From positions 24,492,001 to 24,556,000 of the forward strand of contig NC_045697.1 of the NCBI RefSeq assembly GCF_009834535.1: DNA of 64,000 nucleotides, given 5' to 3'. The notes beneath the pieces were generated by a model. That model had not been told where the DNA came from, searched no databases, and saw nothing but the letters and a program-made list of their open reading frames with translations. Within the stretch, counting starts at the first letter, position 1. The number at the start of each line of letters is the position of its first letter. The position numbers were made by a program, and so were the translations under genes. The DNA comes from Camelus ferus. Taxonomy: Eukaryota. Shown in pieces: positions 39,596-52,875 of this stretch.

Positions 39596-41254
39596 TTTAT
39601 AAAGACCACATAGAAATAAGGCCCTTTTATGTTATAATTTGAAGTGATAGAACAGCACCTCCAGTCATGTTTGCTCACTCTTCCTGTCATTTTTATCCTG
39701 ATGGTACAGCTTTAAAAGAAGACAGCAGCTGCAGTGAGGATGCAGGTCACAGCAGCTACATCCTGTCCTTCCCTTTGTCTGCCAGTCTTGTACCTCTCTT
39801 ATGGGTCAGTCCCTGCCCTGCCCTGCCCACGAGAGCTGGCCTCTTCTTTGTCTCTGCTTTTGGAAATGATGCCTCTGTCCTAGCTTCTGTCCTCAAATGA
39901 TTCTTTCTGGATCTTCTGCAAAAACTGTTTCCACAACCTTAAAGTAAAAAAAAAAAAGAAGAAATTCAGCTATATGTTTTACTCTGAGCCAGAATTCAAC
40001 TAAAAAGACAAGAAAAATATCAGCTATTCTTAACCGTAATTGCAACAAATTGATATTTAGTTTGCATATTTTTATTTGTCTAATATATCAGAGTATCGGA
40101 TTTAACTGAATTGGCAGGATATCTGGAACTACTAATTGCGAGGATAAGAAGTATGAAAGACTAAGAAGAGATTTTTTTTCCCTGGGAAGAAGTGGTTTGC
40201 TAAGCAAATTAATAATGTAAAAGTTTTTCAGAGCTAATTACAATTCTTTCTTACTTGATCATTAAAGCAGTTTCCCTCTGCTAGGCAATATTTTGGTAAC
40301 CTAGTTTAGTTACAGTGTGCAGTAATAAAACTGAATTTTTAAAAATATGGCCTATTATTCTGTCATTGTATTTCTATTCAGAATGAACATTGCTGAAATT
40401 ATAAAACATAAATTAAACTTAAAAAATTACCTGACTTTTTACCAAATGCTATTTAAAAAAAAATAACTAGAACAAAATTGTCAATTGTAAGTTTTGCTGA
40501 ATGCTTAACCAAAATTTGAATATCTTGTCCTGGGGTACAGCCTGAGGTTTGGGCAACATGTGACTTCAAGATATATATCTGGTCTGAATAATGAAGACTT
40601 AAATGTACTTTTACCTTCATACATAATATAAAGAAATGTAACTCTGAACTATCAAGCATGTTCCTGCATCTTCTTTTTGGTTATAATTTAGACCAATATG
40701 CAAAACACATATGTCAAATAAGAAATCATTACATTTCAATGCATACGATAATTTCTTTTCTGCCGTTATGATTGCTAATCATGCAATAATTTTGGCAACC
40801 AGAAAGAATCTCACTACGGTCCCCAAACTGCTCAGCAAACAGTGATTTGATAATAAGAGAGCTAAGGAGAAGCATAAGAAACTGATCTTAGCATGAAATT
40901 CCCTGACATGACTCAAGTCAGGCTAGTAATTTAGCAATGGAGGCTGGCCTGGAGCTGAAGGAAGAAGCCATCAGGCCAGGTGGTGTATGGAAGGCAGGCT
41001 GCCGCTGAGGGTATGGTAATTTCCCGTGCACCGTGTTAGGAGGGCAGGCGAACTTGTCAAACCAATTACTGTAGAGCTTAGCAGCAAGATGATCAAAGTC
41101 CTGTGGGTGGTGGCACCGCGGCCTGAGGCATCAGTCCATTCCGACTTGGACAGCTGCCTGTTGCAAAGCTAGAGACTAGGACTCAGCCCCCAGGAGAACT
41201 GGCTGGCAAATACTGGGCAGGCGGCTTGTTTGAGTCCTGTCCAAGTTCACAGTT

Positions 41255-41683
41255 GTCCATTCCTCACCCACTGGCTTGGCTCGACCAAACTTTCGTCAGG
41301 TCTCTTTCCTCCCCATAAGCCTCTGAACTCTGGCTCACCCCCAAACTTTGGCCTTTAAGCAAGTGCTAAAGGGGAGAACACGCTCATTCCAAGAACTGGT
41401 GAAGCACAGAAAGAAACATTCCCTGTTGAGCTGTGTCCCAGTCAGGCTGTCTGCTGGCCCCTTTCCACTTGCCCAACTTCCCCTCAAGGTTCCGCTCATC
41501 CCTGCTTATCCCTCCCTATAAGAGAAAGGCTTTCTTTTGTTTTTTCATTTGTTTGGTTTTGGGCTTTTTAGTTTTTAGGTTTTTTTTTTTTTTTTTTTTT
41601 GAGATGCTTGCAGATGCTGAGATCAGAGCATTCTCCCAGTAAGCCTCACTTTACCTTCGTCTGGACTTATGTTTTCCTTGACA
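41255..41683 (+). mobile_element. ERV1-class solo LTR (MER31/MER67-like)
   Basis: gaccaaactttcgtcagg near the start, TATA-like cctataagag at ~41517, gagatgcttgcagat, and an end at ttgaCA. Confidence 0.7.
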
Positions 41684-41699
41684 GTCTCAGTGATGGGTT

Positions 41700-42170
41700 G
41701 GCCTCATCTTTCCTGGCCCCCAGTATTCTCTTGTCTCACTTGCCTTCTTGTCGTAATCCATAGCCACCCTGGATGAGTAGCAAATCCAGGAATAAAATCA
41801 TTTCTTTCAGGTCTGACTTACTTCTGCATATTCTTTAACTCTTTCTGGAATGCTCTCCAATTCATTTCTCCTTTTCTTTCCTAGAAAATTCCTCCTACAC
41901 TAAGTCTCAGCCTATGAACTTCAGAAAGTAGCTTCTGATGCATGTGGTTGACTAGATATCTAATAAGCTCGTATCTTTACCAAAGCTTTTTATGCTTAGC
42001 CCTCCTGTAGTTATTCCCACACTGGAATACAAATGCCCATTTCCTTCCATCTGCCCTCTTTCTTTCTCTAAGGGCCAGGCCAGTGTCTTATTCATCATTA
42101 TCTCTCAGCACCTAGCACAGAGCCTACCCTATAGTAGTTGCTCATTAATACTTGCTTTAAAATTACCAAA
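41700..42170 (+). mobile_element. L2 3' part
   Basis: ctggaatgctctcc..gtgtcttattcatc..cagcacctagcacagagcct..gctcattaatacttg. Confidence 0.75.
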
Positions 42171-43549
42171 TAAATGAGATAATGAATGCCCAGGACGCCC
42201 CGAATGCACCATTCACTAGACAACCAGCATGGCCCATTAACCAAAGCAGAAGACAAATTGTGTAAGAGAAACCTGTATATCAATGGCCAGGAAATCCACA
42301 AAAGTAACACCAGGTCCACGGCAGCAAGACCGCATTGAGATCAACCCTTTAACAGTGTGGGCTGACTGAGGCCATGAAAGCAGTCACTGCCTGGGTTCAT
42401 CAAGGCTTAGAATCTAAGTCGACCCTGAGTTCTGCAGCTCAGGGCGATGGCAGGAGACGAGCGAGTCAGAGGAAGGCTCAGAGATGGGAAGTCCAGTCCT
42501 GCTCATTGTCATTAGTAACTTAACATGTGTTTCATGCTATTTTCACCAACCTGAATATCATTCTAAAGCTATGTCACACCTGTTTATTTTAATTTCCTGT
42601 TTTCATCTCTCCGTTATTCCATCTACGTTTGTTCGATTCAAAAATTTGTGAACAATTCTCAATCCTGATTGGATTCTTTTTTTTTTTTTTCCTATCTAAG
42701 TGGAATCTCCCAGCATGTGCTGTTTTCTTTTTAAAATTAGCTCAACAGGGATCTTGCATGGGGAAACATTCTGAAACTTTAACCTCTTAAATAAAATTTA
42801 TAAACTTTTAATGAATTCACCACAAAAGAGACTTCTTTTATTACGGTATCAAAACAATGCAGATTGCAAAGCTATGTGATGATAAGATTGGCAAAAGGTT
42901 TTAGATGAGTTCTTTAAGCTGATTAAACCGGGCCACCTGCTTCACAAGGTTCACTTAGCATTGGTGTGTGTCTCATCTATTTAGTCAGGTAACAATTGTC
43001 TTGTTTAATTGCATTAGTGCGTGATTCTCTGACTAGGACAAATAGGATATGCCTTTACAGAAAATAATGTCTCAAAATATTTGTTTATTCCACTTAAAGA
43101 TAGTATGTATAAAATATTAATATATTGTTCATCAAATTAAAAAAATAATGAGGCATATGCTTATTATTTTTAATGAACTGTAATGTATTTTGTTGAAAGT
43201 ACATTAACTATCATAAAAATAAATACAAAATTTAGAGCAATAATGAAATTCCAAAAGAGCATAATTTTAAAATAGAATTTTGAATATTGAATCATAAGTT
43301 GAATTGTTTACCATGAGCTTTACTTTGTTCTAAGGGGCTTTGACTGTATTTTTGTTGTTGTTGCTAATGTTACCTTGAGACAAAATCTTCTCACAAAGAA
43401 ATGTGATTATTTGAGATTATTATGAAATCTTTTTATGATCTGGGTTTACTATAACATATTATGCAATGGATACTAATTATTGGCATTATTAGTATTTTTT
43501 CCTCCTAATTTTTATATAAGTGTATTGGTTTGCAAGCTGGTCCTGTATA

Positions 43550-43898
43550 TGCAGGACTGAAGAAAGTAGCAGATCACTCCAGATTGGCAGGTGGTAGTTT
43601 AGGAAGCAAGAGGATTTACATACGAAGCTTGTTTTGGGTGGCAGCAAGACCAGTAGATCTCCACACTACCAGTTAGAATGTTAAAGTTTATATAGTGACC
43701 TTAAGGCTTCAGTCCAGTCCAAATGGTCTCAGCACCACAATACTCCCTCAAGGCTGTGTCCTTGAGCAGCTTCCATCACAGGAAAGACAAGTAGAATGCA
43801 CATTCCAAGGACAGGAAAAGAGGTGAGAAGACTCCCACTGTCCAGATGCAGCTCTGAGGTCAACTAGCATCACATTCTCTCAACTGCCTCCTCCAACA
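43550..43898 (-). mobile_element. Solo LTR (ERV-L, MER54/73/74-like)
   Basis: TG..CA termini (the minus strand starts TGTTGGAGGAGG), TATA-like tttatatag on the minus strand at ~43687, and a GC-richer block. Confidence 0.6.
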
Positions 43899-44229
43899 CA
43901 GCCATGTGTAGATTTTACTAAAAAAAATATTTCCTGCATGATATCTACTTTGCTCTTTTGAAGATATTTACCAGGGGTAAAATAGCACGTGGTGGAATAG
44001 GGAAGGGATAAAAAAATGTACACAACTCTGATTTCTTCCTTCACTTGTGTCTGGCAGTCAAAGCTAATATTCAAGCATAACCTGGGATGGATGATGAGGG
44101 GTAGTGTGTCAAGTCCTGCAGGGGAGCGGGTGGGAGATAAAAGAGATAAGTGCTGTTGATCATGCTTTCTACTCTGTGGCTCATTACTCCAGCAAGAACA
44201 AAATAGAATGAATTGATGATGTCTATGTC

Positions 44230-44350
44230 TCTCATTTATTTATTTAATCAGTATGTACCGAGTGCCAACTATAGAGGAAGCATTGGTCTAAGCATGAGGC
44301 ATATCTCAAAGAAAAAAAAAAAGAAAAATCACTCTGTTTCATGAAGATTA
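44230..44350 (-). mobile_element. L2 3' fragment
   Basis: catttatttatttaatcagtatgtaccgagtgccaactat. Confidence 0.55.
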
Positions 44351-45587
44351 GATTTTCCTATCAGCATCACTAAAGTTTTTTTAAATGGTACTTCCCCCAG
44401 CCCCAGTCCCAAAGCTGTACTGTGACAGAACAATAAATACCCAGCTTCAGTCCGTGAACCATGATAAATGTGCAGGTTGATTCTACAACATGATGAGCAG
44501 TTCATCCACGACCAATGAGCATATTTCATATGTCTATAATATACTCTGAGCATTTATGCTACATATTCTCTTTTTATAATTCCAAATTATAAATCACTGT
44601 AAAATGACCTGATTTCTAGTCGTAATTCTAGCCGTTGTTTTAAGCTGCTTGATTTAATTGCTCTTTCGTACTTGCATCTATAAAATGTGAAATGTGAATG
44701 GTAATACAGTGAAATTCAGTTTTTACTGAGTGGGTCAAGATGAAGATCATTCTGTAAAAGTGGATCTTCCTCAAGGGTGGTGACACAGATGGGCCATTTA
44801 ACTTAATAACTGTACAGGGGAGTGGGTGGGGAACATCAGTCCTCAATTCCACTTTAACAACATGGGGGACAGTACATTTCTGGTTTTATTTCCTCTTGTA
44901 GATTTTACCTTTTGTGAGTGAATTATGATGCAGAACAGCTCAATCAAAAATAACTAAATTAAAGGTCCATAGCACTCAAATTTTGCTGTCTGGTCACACA
45001 TATTGTCAAGCTGTTATTCCCATTAGCAGAGTTGACAAACATGTAAGGACCAGTCCTACTCTTCCTCCCCATCCTTCCTCTTTTCTCTGTCAGTATTCTG
45101 CTTTCTATTAATACTCCTAAGGCTCTGCGGAGACCTCAGGCTGAACTGAGTCAAATTTCATGAGACACCTGTTAAAAGGCTCTCCTTCACATCTCTTAGA
45201 GAGGAAAAAGGCCCTCAGGCTGTATTCTGTTGTAATTCAATGATGTCTGACATGTGGAAAGATTTGAAAGTATTAGTTTTTAAAATAAATTAAAAAAACA
45301 AATTAATGAATATATAAATTTTTTTTTCTGTAGAAGAATATGCTTCTATTAGCAGTCAAGGCTAATGCAGCTTCAGTTTTAATTAATATCCTATATCAGG
45401 AGAGCCTGTTTTTTCGCCGGGGTCTAATCAAAATTGATTTCTTAAATTTCTTAAAAATACCAACATTTTTGAGGAAGGCTGCTCTTTTTGGATTCCTAAT
45501 CTAGCATTTACTGAGAAACTGAAAAGAAGGAAGAGGAAAAGATACCAGATTGCCATAAATGGGTTGACATGTTAGGGTATAGAGTGG

Positions 45588-45664
45588 AACACTCACGTGC
45601 ACACACATGCACTCATGCATGTACGTGCACATACATGCATGCATATGCACACACATACACACAC
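45588..45664. repeat. Alternating purine/pyrimidine (CA/TG-rich) tract
   Basis: cacgtgcacacacatgcactcatgcatgtacgtgcacatacatgcatgcatatgcacacacatacacacac. Confidence 0.85.
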
Positions 45665-47092
45665 TCAGAAAGTCATTATGTGGCGATCAGGAAGAGAAGG
45701 TCACATTCAAAGCAGGCTGGTGAATATAAATAGAAAAGAAAGGTAATCTACTGACAGAACTTACGATTCAAGTAAAAAAAGTGAGTATATTTCTGAATTT
45801 TGCTGTAACTGCTAGCAAGTGACAGATAATAAAAATATCTGCAAAGTTAGGACAGTAGATTAAATATTGATCCTCAGCTGTTGTATTAAGAAAGGGAAGA
45901 GACCTGAAGCAGGATGAAAGGTTAGAAATTCAGTGATCCTGTTGCTTCTTGTGATAACAAATCTTGCTGCACATACATTTGTATATGCAGAAGTGACTTG
46001 GAAATAAGGGTACTTTCATCCTCCATAGGCATCGTAAACAATAGAATTTGATTTGAGGATTCTGTCCAAATGCTGGTCTTGAAAAGGTAAAAAGTTACAG
46101 ATTTCAATATCAATTTATTCTATTCATAATTATAACAATAAATATATGTAGTGTTAATAAGAACTTCTGCTTATTACTATTTAATAACATTATAGATGTC
46201 ATCTCTAAAGCCATATTGGAAGTTCTATAAAACAGATATATTTATTACCCATTCATAAAGTAAGAGATTTCCTAAAGAACATTTTGTTGTCTTAATTTTT
46301 GTTTTTGGTACTTCAGTACTTCTCTAGGGCACTATTTCAGGAAAGAAAAATGTGGCTTTGCCTAAACTATAATGCAAAATACTTAAATATTACTACACTT
46401 GAATGATATTAGCAGGACTTTAAATGTGCTTTCGTCTTAGTTTCTATAAAAAAATGCCAACTTAAATTTAGTCAATATTTCTGTTGAGTTTTTAAAATCA
46501 ATTCCTTATTACTGTCTCTACTATGTTTAGATAACTGAAGAAAAAATGCTACTTTTTGGTTTCAAAATTTGGATTATAAGAAGAAAATTATCCTCGTACA
46601 GAGCAGATCTGTTTAGAATCACTTCTTCCTGCTTCATTCATGTATATGAGTGGGTTTGGGGATACCTTTATGTAAAATTACACGTATTTTTTCAAGAAGG
46701 AAGATTGTCTTGATTTCTTCATGGACTTCAAGAAGAACCTAGGCCTGATCTATTTCCATGTAAACATTTAACCATCATAGGCTCACCTGACTTCTCAGGA
46801 AATCCTGGGCTCTTCTTTCAAAATTGTGGACATTGTGAGAAAGCATACAGTTATAAGTATTTTTTATCAAAGCGAGTCACACAGTTCATTTCAAGGATGA
46901 GTTCTTGGATTATACGTTTTTGGGGGGTATGTGGCAATCTGGTCTATTTTCCTCTTCCTAGTTTTCAATTTACCATTAAATGCTTGGTCAAGACTCCAAA
47001 GCTAGCAGCCTTCCTCAGTTAAAAACTAGTCCTTAATTCCATGCATATATTCATTCTTCTGCAATATTAAAGAATTGAAATGTAACTTCTTG

Positions 47093-47240
47093 CTATACAC
47101 AAATGCATATGAACGTATGTATGTGCATACATGTCTGTAGATACGTATGTATATTGTATGTACACACGTCTGTACACATGTATGTACATTGTATGTACAC
47201 ATGTACATTAATCATACACATATAATACATATATATTATC
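47093..47240. repeat. Alternating purine/pyrimidine (TA/TG/CA) low-complexity tract
   Basis: tatgtatgtgcatacatg..gtatgtacacacgtctgtacacatgtatgtacattgtatgtacacatgtacat. Confidence 0.85.
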
Positions 47241-48400
47241 ACACTACTTTTTTGTTTACTTTAAGATGATTTCCCTTTATTTTAATGAAGGAACCATAGC
47301 AAGTAGTCTAAAATACTCATTTTAAAAACTTCATTGAAATTCTACTGTTTCTTATTACTCTCATTTCTCTATGCCAAGGAACATTTTTAATTAAGGTTAT
47401 AGGCATCCAGGGTCATTAATAATCTGCAGATTAATTGCCACCACATGATTGTAAGATGGCTACTCCAGAAAGGTTATAAATTATGTTTAAGTTCTAAATG
47501 CTAGGCCATTCAAACTGAATAGAAAAATAGTTGGGGCTGATTAGTGGAGAAAATGGAGGGAAAATGAAGGAAAGAAAATAGTTGAAAAGGCAATGTTATT
47601 TAAAAGATGCTAGGTTAACTATTCTATTTTACCTATTTTGGTAAACTTATAGCTGTGAAAAATTTACTAAATATAAAAATGATGAGTCAACTCAGTTGCC
47701 TTTAGAAATATCTATATATTCAGATAGAGGTATTGTGTTGTTTTATTCTAATTTTTTCATAAAGTCTTATAACTTACAAACTATGTTATCATCTTAAAAT
47801 TTAAGAATCAATTATATAAGAAATACATGTAATTTCTAATTTTCCAATACCGTGTGTGTATAATGAAAAATAATGTCAGCATTTTTTAGAGTCTCACCAT
47901 GTATCTTGTCTTGTTAAATTAAGTTTCTCCTAATGGTATCTTCTATTTCTATCATCTACACAATGCTATCTGTAAAATTTTGTTTTTAATGATCTGTTCT
48001 AACACTTCCAGTACTAACTTCCATATTCCAAGATCAGTTTTAACTTGAGGAATATTATTATGCCCATCTTAAATTTGTTCCCTATGGGCCTTGATCAGAA
48101 GAGCTGGTCTTTATATGATCATAGGAGTTATACATAGAATTTTAGAGCAGGTTATAATAACAATGGTAATATGGTATTTTTTTCCATTTCCTTCTATTTC
48201 CAAATAACTTTTACTGAAAGAAAAAGAATGTGATTCTATACAAACTTATAATAAAACAAAAAATTAGAGCAGAAATATTTCACCTAAGAATGTCAGACGA
48301 CTACATCTCCAATGTTTATAAGTGATAGTGGTAAGGCTAGGAATTAGTATTAAAGTGCAAGTAACTAAGTCAATTACATGTAAAATTCTATTTTATATAT

Positions 48401-48403
48401 ACA

Positions 48404-48432
<29 letters not shown>
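48401..48432. repeat. (ACAT)8 microsatellite
   Basis: Eight perfect ACAT units. Confidence 0.95.
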
Positions 48433-48434
<2 letters not shown>

Positions 48435-48526
48435 TGAGGGGGAAAAGGGGTAAATAGATTAAAAAACCAATAAAACAAAAAGATCAATTTTATTCTTTTG
48501 AGTAGTCATAACAGAATGCCATTTTA

Positions 48527-49560
48527 TAGCTTTATTGAGATGTATTTTGCATACCACAAAATTTACCCAGCTGAAGTGTGCAAACAGATCAGTAGTTTTT
48601 AGTATAATCACAGAATTGTGCAGCTATCCCTACAATACAACTGCAGCATATTCCAACAACCCCCCAAAGTAATCTCATATGTATTAGCAGTCATTCCCCT
48701 TTCTCATTCTCCACTCCAACTCCTCTTCCCACGCACCGCCAGCTCTAGGCAAACACTAATCTCCTTTCCGTCTCTATGCATTGCCTAATCTGAAAATTTC
48801 ACACAAATAGCATAATACATTTTGTGATCATTTATAGTTAGCTCCTTTCACTTAGCAGGATGTTTTCAAAGTTTATCCATGGGATAGTACTTACTGATAC
48901 TTTAATCTCCTTTATTGCCAAAAATAGCCCTTTCTACATATATGCTAAATTTTGTTTATCCATTCATCTGCAGATTGACATTTAAGTTGTCCCCATGTTT
49001 TGTCTAATTTGAATAATGCTTTTATGAATATCTGTGTACAAGTTTTTGTGTAAATATGTTTTCATTTCTCTTGGGTTCATACCTAGTAACTGGATTGCTG
49101 GGTCATATGGTAACTCCACGTTTAGCATTTTGAGGAATTGTCAAACTCTTTTGCCAAGTGACTGAACCACTTTAAATTCCTACCCAAAATTTATAAAGTC
49201 ATCAACAATTTATAAAATTTCTAAAACTTGTTATTTTCTGTGTTTTTTATTATAACCCTTCTAATGAGTATGAGTGTAGTATCCTGTTGCGATTTAGATC
49301 TGAATTTTACTAATGAGGTTAAACATCTATTCATGTGCTCATTGGCTATATGTGTGTGTCTATATATGTATATATATATATATAAAATATATCTTTGGAG
49401 AAAGTATTTATTTGAATAATTTCCTCATTTTTGATTTGGGTTATTTGTCTGTGTTGTTAGAGTTCTTTTTAAATTCTCAACATATGTTTTTGTTAGACAT
49501 ATGACTTGTAAATATCTTCTCCTGTGGATTATTTTTTTCACTTTCTATATGGTGGCCTTT
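48527..49560 (-). mobile_element. L1M (L1MA/MB-like) 3' region
   Basis: agctttattgagat..tttgtttatccattcatc..ggattgctgggtcatatggtaactc..catctattcatgtgctcattggc. Confidence 0.9.
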
Positions 49561-49724
49561 TATTAATATTATATAGTAATAAACTAGTCTATTTTACTTC
49601 CTTGAAATCTTAGTTTGTCACATACCTACATAAGGAACAATCAAGAAAGTCATTTACTAATTATGAAACCAAATGGAAAGTTCCAGTGTTCCTAAGCTTT
49701 GGTATCTCTATGCATGTATTAGAA

Positions 49725-50214
49725 CTATATATTGTGAATTTGGTTAGCCTGGAACTCTGTTTCCCAGAATCCTCTTCCCTGGATAGTTCCTTGTGAACAT
49801 TAGTCTATACAGATAGTTGTAAGGCATTTGGAAAAATAGAAGTGAAGCTGTGGCTATTGCTTCATGAAAGTATAGGTAAGGTGTTCTATGTAGACATAGG
49901 ACACCTCCACTCACATCCAGAGCTTCCTCTGATTGCTGACCCCGATAACAAACAGTGGCTCCAAACAGACACTTGACTTGGGACCAATGTACTTCTCCTG
50001 TAGATTTACCTAGAAGCTTTGTGGCCCCGCTTTGTCTGGTCATGCTTGGCTTCTCAGAATGAGTGGTTGGTGATTCTTTTAATCTTTCAACTCCCCTTCT
50101 AGGCCTGTAGTTCTTCATCTCTGACAACTGTGTATGATCTAATTCCTTTTTTTTAATCCCTCACCCCATAACTCATGGAGGTTCTGCTTCCCTGATTAAG
50201 CCCTTTGACATTCA
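49725..50214 (+). mobile_element. ERV-L LTR (LTR33-like)
   Basis: tggttagcctggaactctgtttcccagaatcctcttccctg at the start; ggttctgcttccctgattaagccc..gacattca at the end. Confidence 0.7.
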
Positions 50215-52199
50215 GCATTTGACAGTGCTAACTGTCAATCAATACATTAGTTAGATAATCTCTGTCCTTGGCCTGTGTAACACTAAACTGTGTTTTAAAA
50301 TTTCTTCTTCCTTTCCCCCTCCCTTCCTTCCTTCCTTTTTTTTCTTTTCTTCTTTTATCTCTTTAACAGCTTTTTCTCTCATTATTTACCTGTATCTCTT
50401 CCTCTTTGTACCCTCTGAGTATAAACGAATCTTCGGTTCATTGTTTATCTTTATATTTTCTCTCTCAAAGAACTTATCCTTTCCCCTGGTTTCAAGTTTT
50501 AATATTATGTTGAAGATTTCAAATCCAAGTGAGCTCCAGTTTCATATTTCAAACTCCCTTCTAAACATTACCACTTCAGTGTACCACGATTCCAACACAG
50601 CACATGAAAAACAAAACAAATTAACTCCCTCTCTCTTTCACTAGCACAACACCCCTTCTACTTTTTTTTTTTCATTTCTAAGTGTCAACTGCATCCATCA
50701 CTTTATTCCATTCATCTTGTCTTTACTTGCCTCACTCACCCTCAGGCTGAGAGTACTATAATAAACTCATCGTTTCCCTGATTCTCTTTCTTCTCTTTTA
50801 TAAGCAACCTTGCATAAATTTCCAGAATATGTTAAGATAAACAAAAATTTATTTCACACTCTTGCTCAGAAATCTTCTTTCATGTTTTCTTTCTTAATAT
50901 ATTTTATATCTACATCTTTCCAAATTTATATAGCAGCACTGTCCAGAATCGATCCTGGACACAGAAATTATAATAATGTCCTTTCTGAACTTGACATTCA
51001 TTCCTACCTCTCAGGATTTACTCATGCTGTTTTCTTTTACCAAAATTTCTTTCTTTTCTCTATTGGTATTGCATTCTTTCCTCAGTCACCACATTTTTTC
51101 TACCATAGCTTTAGTATTTCAAAATTTTTAAAGTTTTTTTAAATTATTTTATGTTTGACTAGATTTAATTGATAAATACTGATTTCTGTTCTTCTTTAAA
51201 GAAGAACTTGTAGGTTTTCTATTCCTGAATGTTTTCAAATTTGAGAATGTCTGTCTTTTGATTTAAATGGAAACTTTTAGGCATAATTTTCTTGGACTTC
51301 TTTTGTTTTTATAATTTTATTGATTCTTCTGTTGTTTTCTACAATTGGGCTTCTATAAAAAAATTGGAGAAATTGTGCATCTACCTTCTTTTTCTTTCTT
51401 TTTTATTTAGTCTTTACCCTTCTGGATGTCAATTTTTTAAAATTTACATTTGGCGTAATTTTAATAATCATCTATTTTGGTGTTTAGAATGTTGAAATTT
51501 GGGATGCAGGAAGAGCTCTCTGTTGTGTCAGCCACAGTGCACTCTTCATTGTATCACCCATGATTTGCTTTTGATTTTGAGGATTTGTTAAATACTTTAG
51601 GCCAAAGATACATCTAGTTAGTTAGGACTGTGTGTAGCCTGCTTCAGTATACATTTCATGGCTTTGAATTTATGTACAACTCAATGCATAGCACTAGGGC
51701 TTTGACTCACCAGAGAGTTACCCTGGTTATTTACTTTCCGTGTTTCATCAATGACTTCCACAAAGCTATTTCTTCTATTATCTAGGTATAAAACAGACAT
51801 AACAAGAATATCCGTGAAGATGGGTGATTTTCAGTTTTGAGGCTGTCAGTGAGAATTTTGTTCTACACACCAGTGTGGCTTCTAGGTATGGGAATATGAC
51901 CCAAAACCTTTCCACAGTGTTCATACTGCCTTATTCATTTCTTTCTCTCTTTCTCTCTCTCTCCTTTCCAGTCTCTCTCTCTCTCCAACCGCCACTTACT
52001 GAAGTTGATGTGACCCTTCTTTGAATAGGTCCTAGTGGTGAAAAAATGTGTTTGTAAATATGTATAGGCGTTTTAGTTCATTAAGTATCAAATGAGTACA
52101 ATTTGGCTGGGTAGTTAGATCCTTTTCCCTTAAGAATATTCATGTGTATAATTTTTAATATGCTCATTTTTTAGGTTTATTTATTTATATATTTTTAAT

Positions 52200-52425
52200 C
52201 TTTATTTTTTATATATTTTTATTGAAGTATAGTCAGTTTACAACGTTGTGTCAATTTCTGGTGTACAGTGCAATGCTTCAGTCATATAGGAATATACATG
52301 TATTTGTTTTCATATTCTTTTTCAACACAGGTTACTATTGAATATAGTTCCCTGTGCTATACAGTATAAACTTATTGTTTATCTATTTTATGTATATTAG
52401 TTAGTATCTGCAAATCTAGAACTCC
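52200..52425 (-). mobile_element. Young lineage-specific L1 3' end
   Basis: tttattgaagtatagtcagtttacaac..tgaatatagttccctgtgctatacagtataaac, the antisense counterpart of 14765-14966. Confidence 0.9.
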
Positions 52426-52514
52426 ATTTGTTGATGCCAGTCAGATACAACGATCTTAAGAGCTATATCTGTTACATTTTATATTTTTATGCTATTGAGT
52501 CCAGGATGGTTTAT

Positions 52515-52875
52515 TTTTTCTCACAGAATAGGCTATGTTATGTTGTGGTAACAAGCAACACCAGAATCTCAGTGGCATTACAGCCAAAGATTATGTTTTG
52601 CCCATGTTTCGCCATGTCAAGTTTGAGTGACTTTGCAGGATAGCTAACTTCCATTTTATGGCACAAAATTCTGGACTGCTCTCATCTCGTGGCAACTCTC
52701 TATCAACTACCATGATTACTGCAGAAATTCAGGAGGGAAGGCTGCAACTTGTAGGCAGGCTTCATTGCTCAAAGGAAAGTAATACTTTCTTCAAGGATAT
52801 GGGAACATGTAATCCCCTCTCGTGCCCAGGAGGAGAGGAGGATGAGAATTAGTGGCGAGCAGCATTAAATAACAC
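52515..52875 (-). mobile_element. Old MLT1-type LTR
   Basis: aggctatgttatgttgtggtaacaagcaac..aatctcagtggc. Confidence 0.7.

Noticed and set aside
49744..50127. 127-aa minus-strand ORF
   Set aside because: It lies within an LTR33-like element and has no recognisable protein features.
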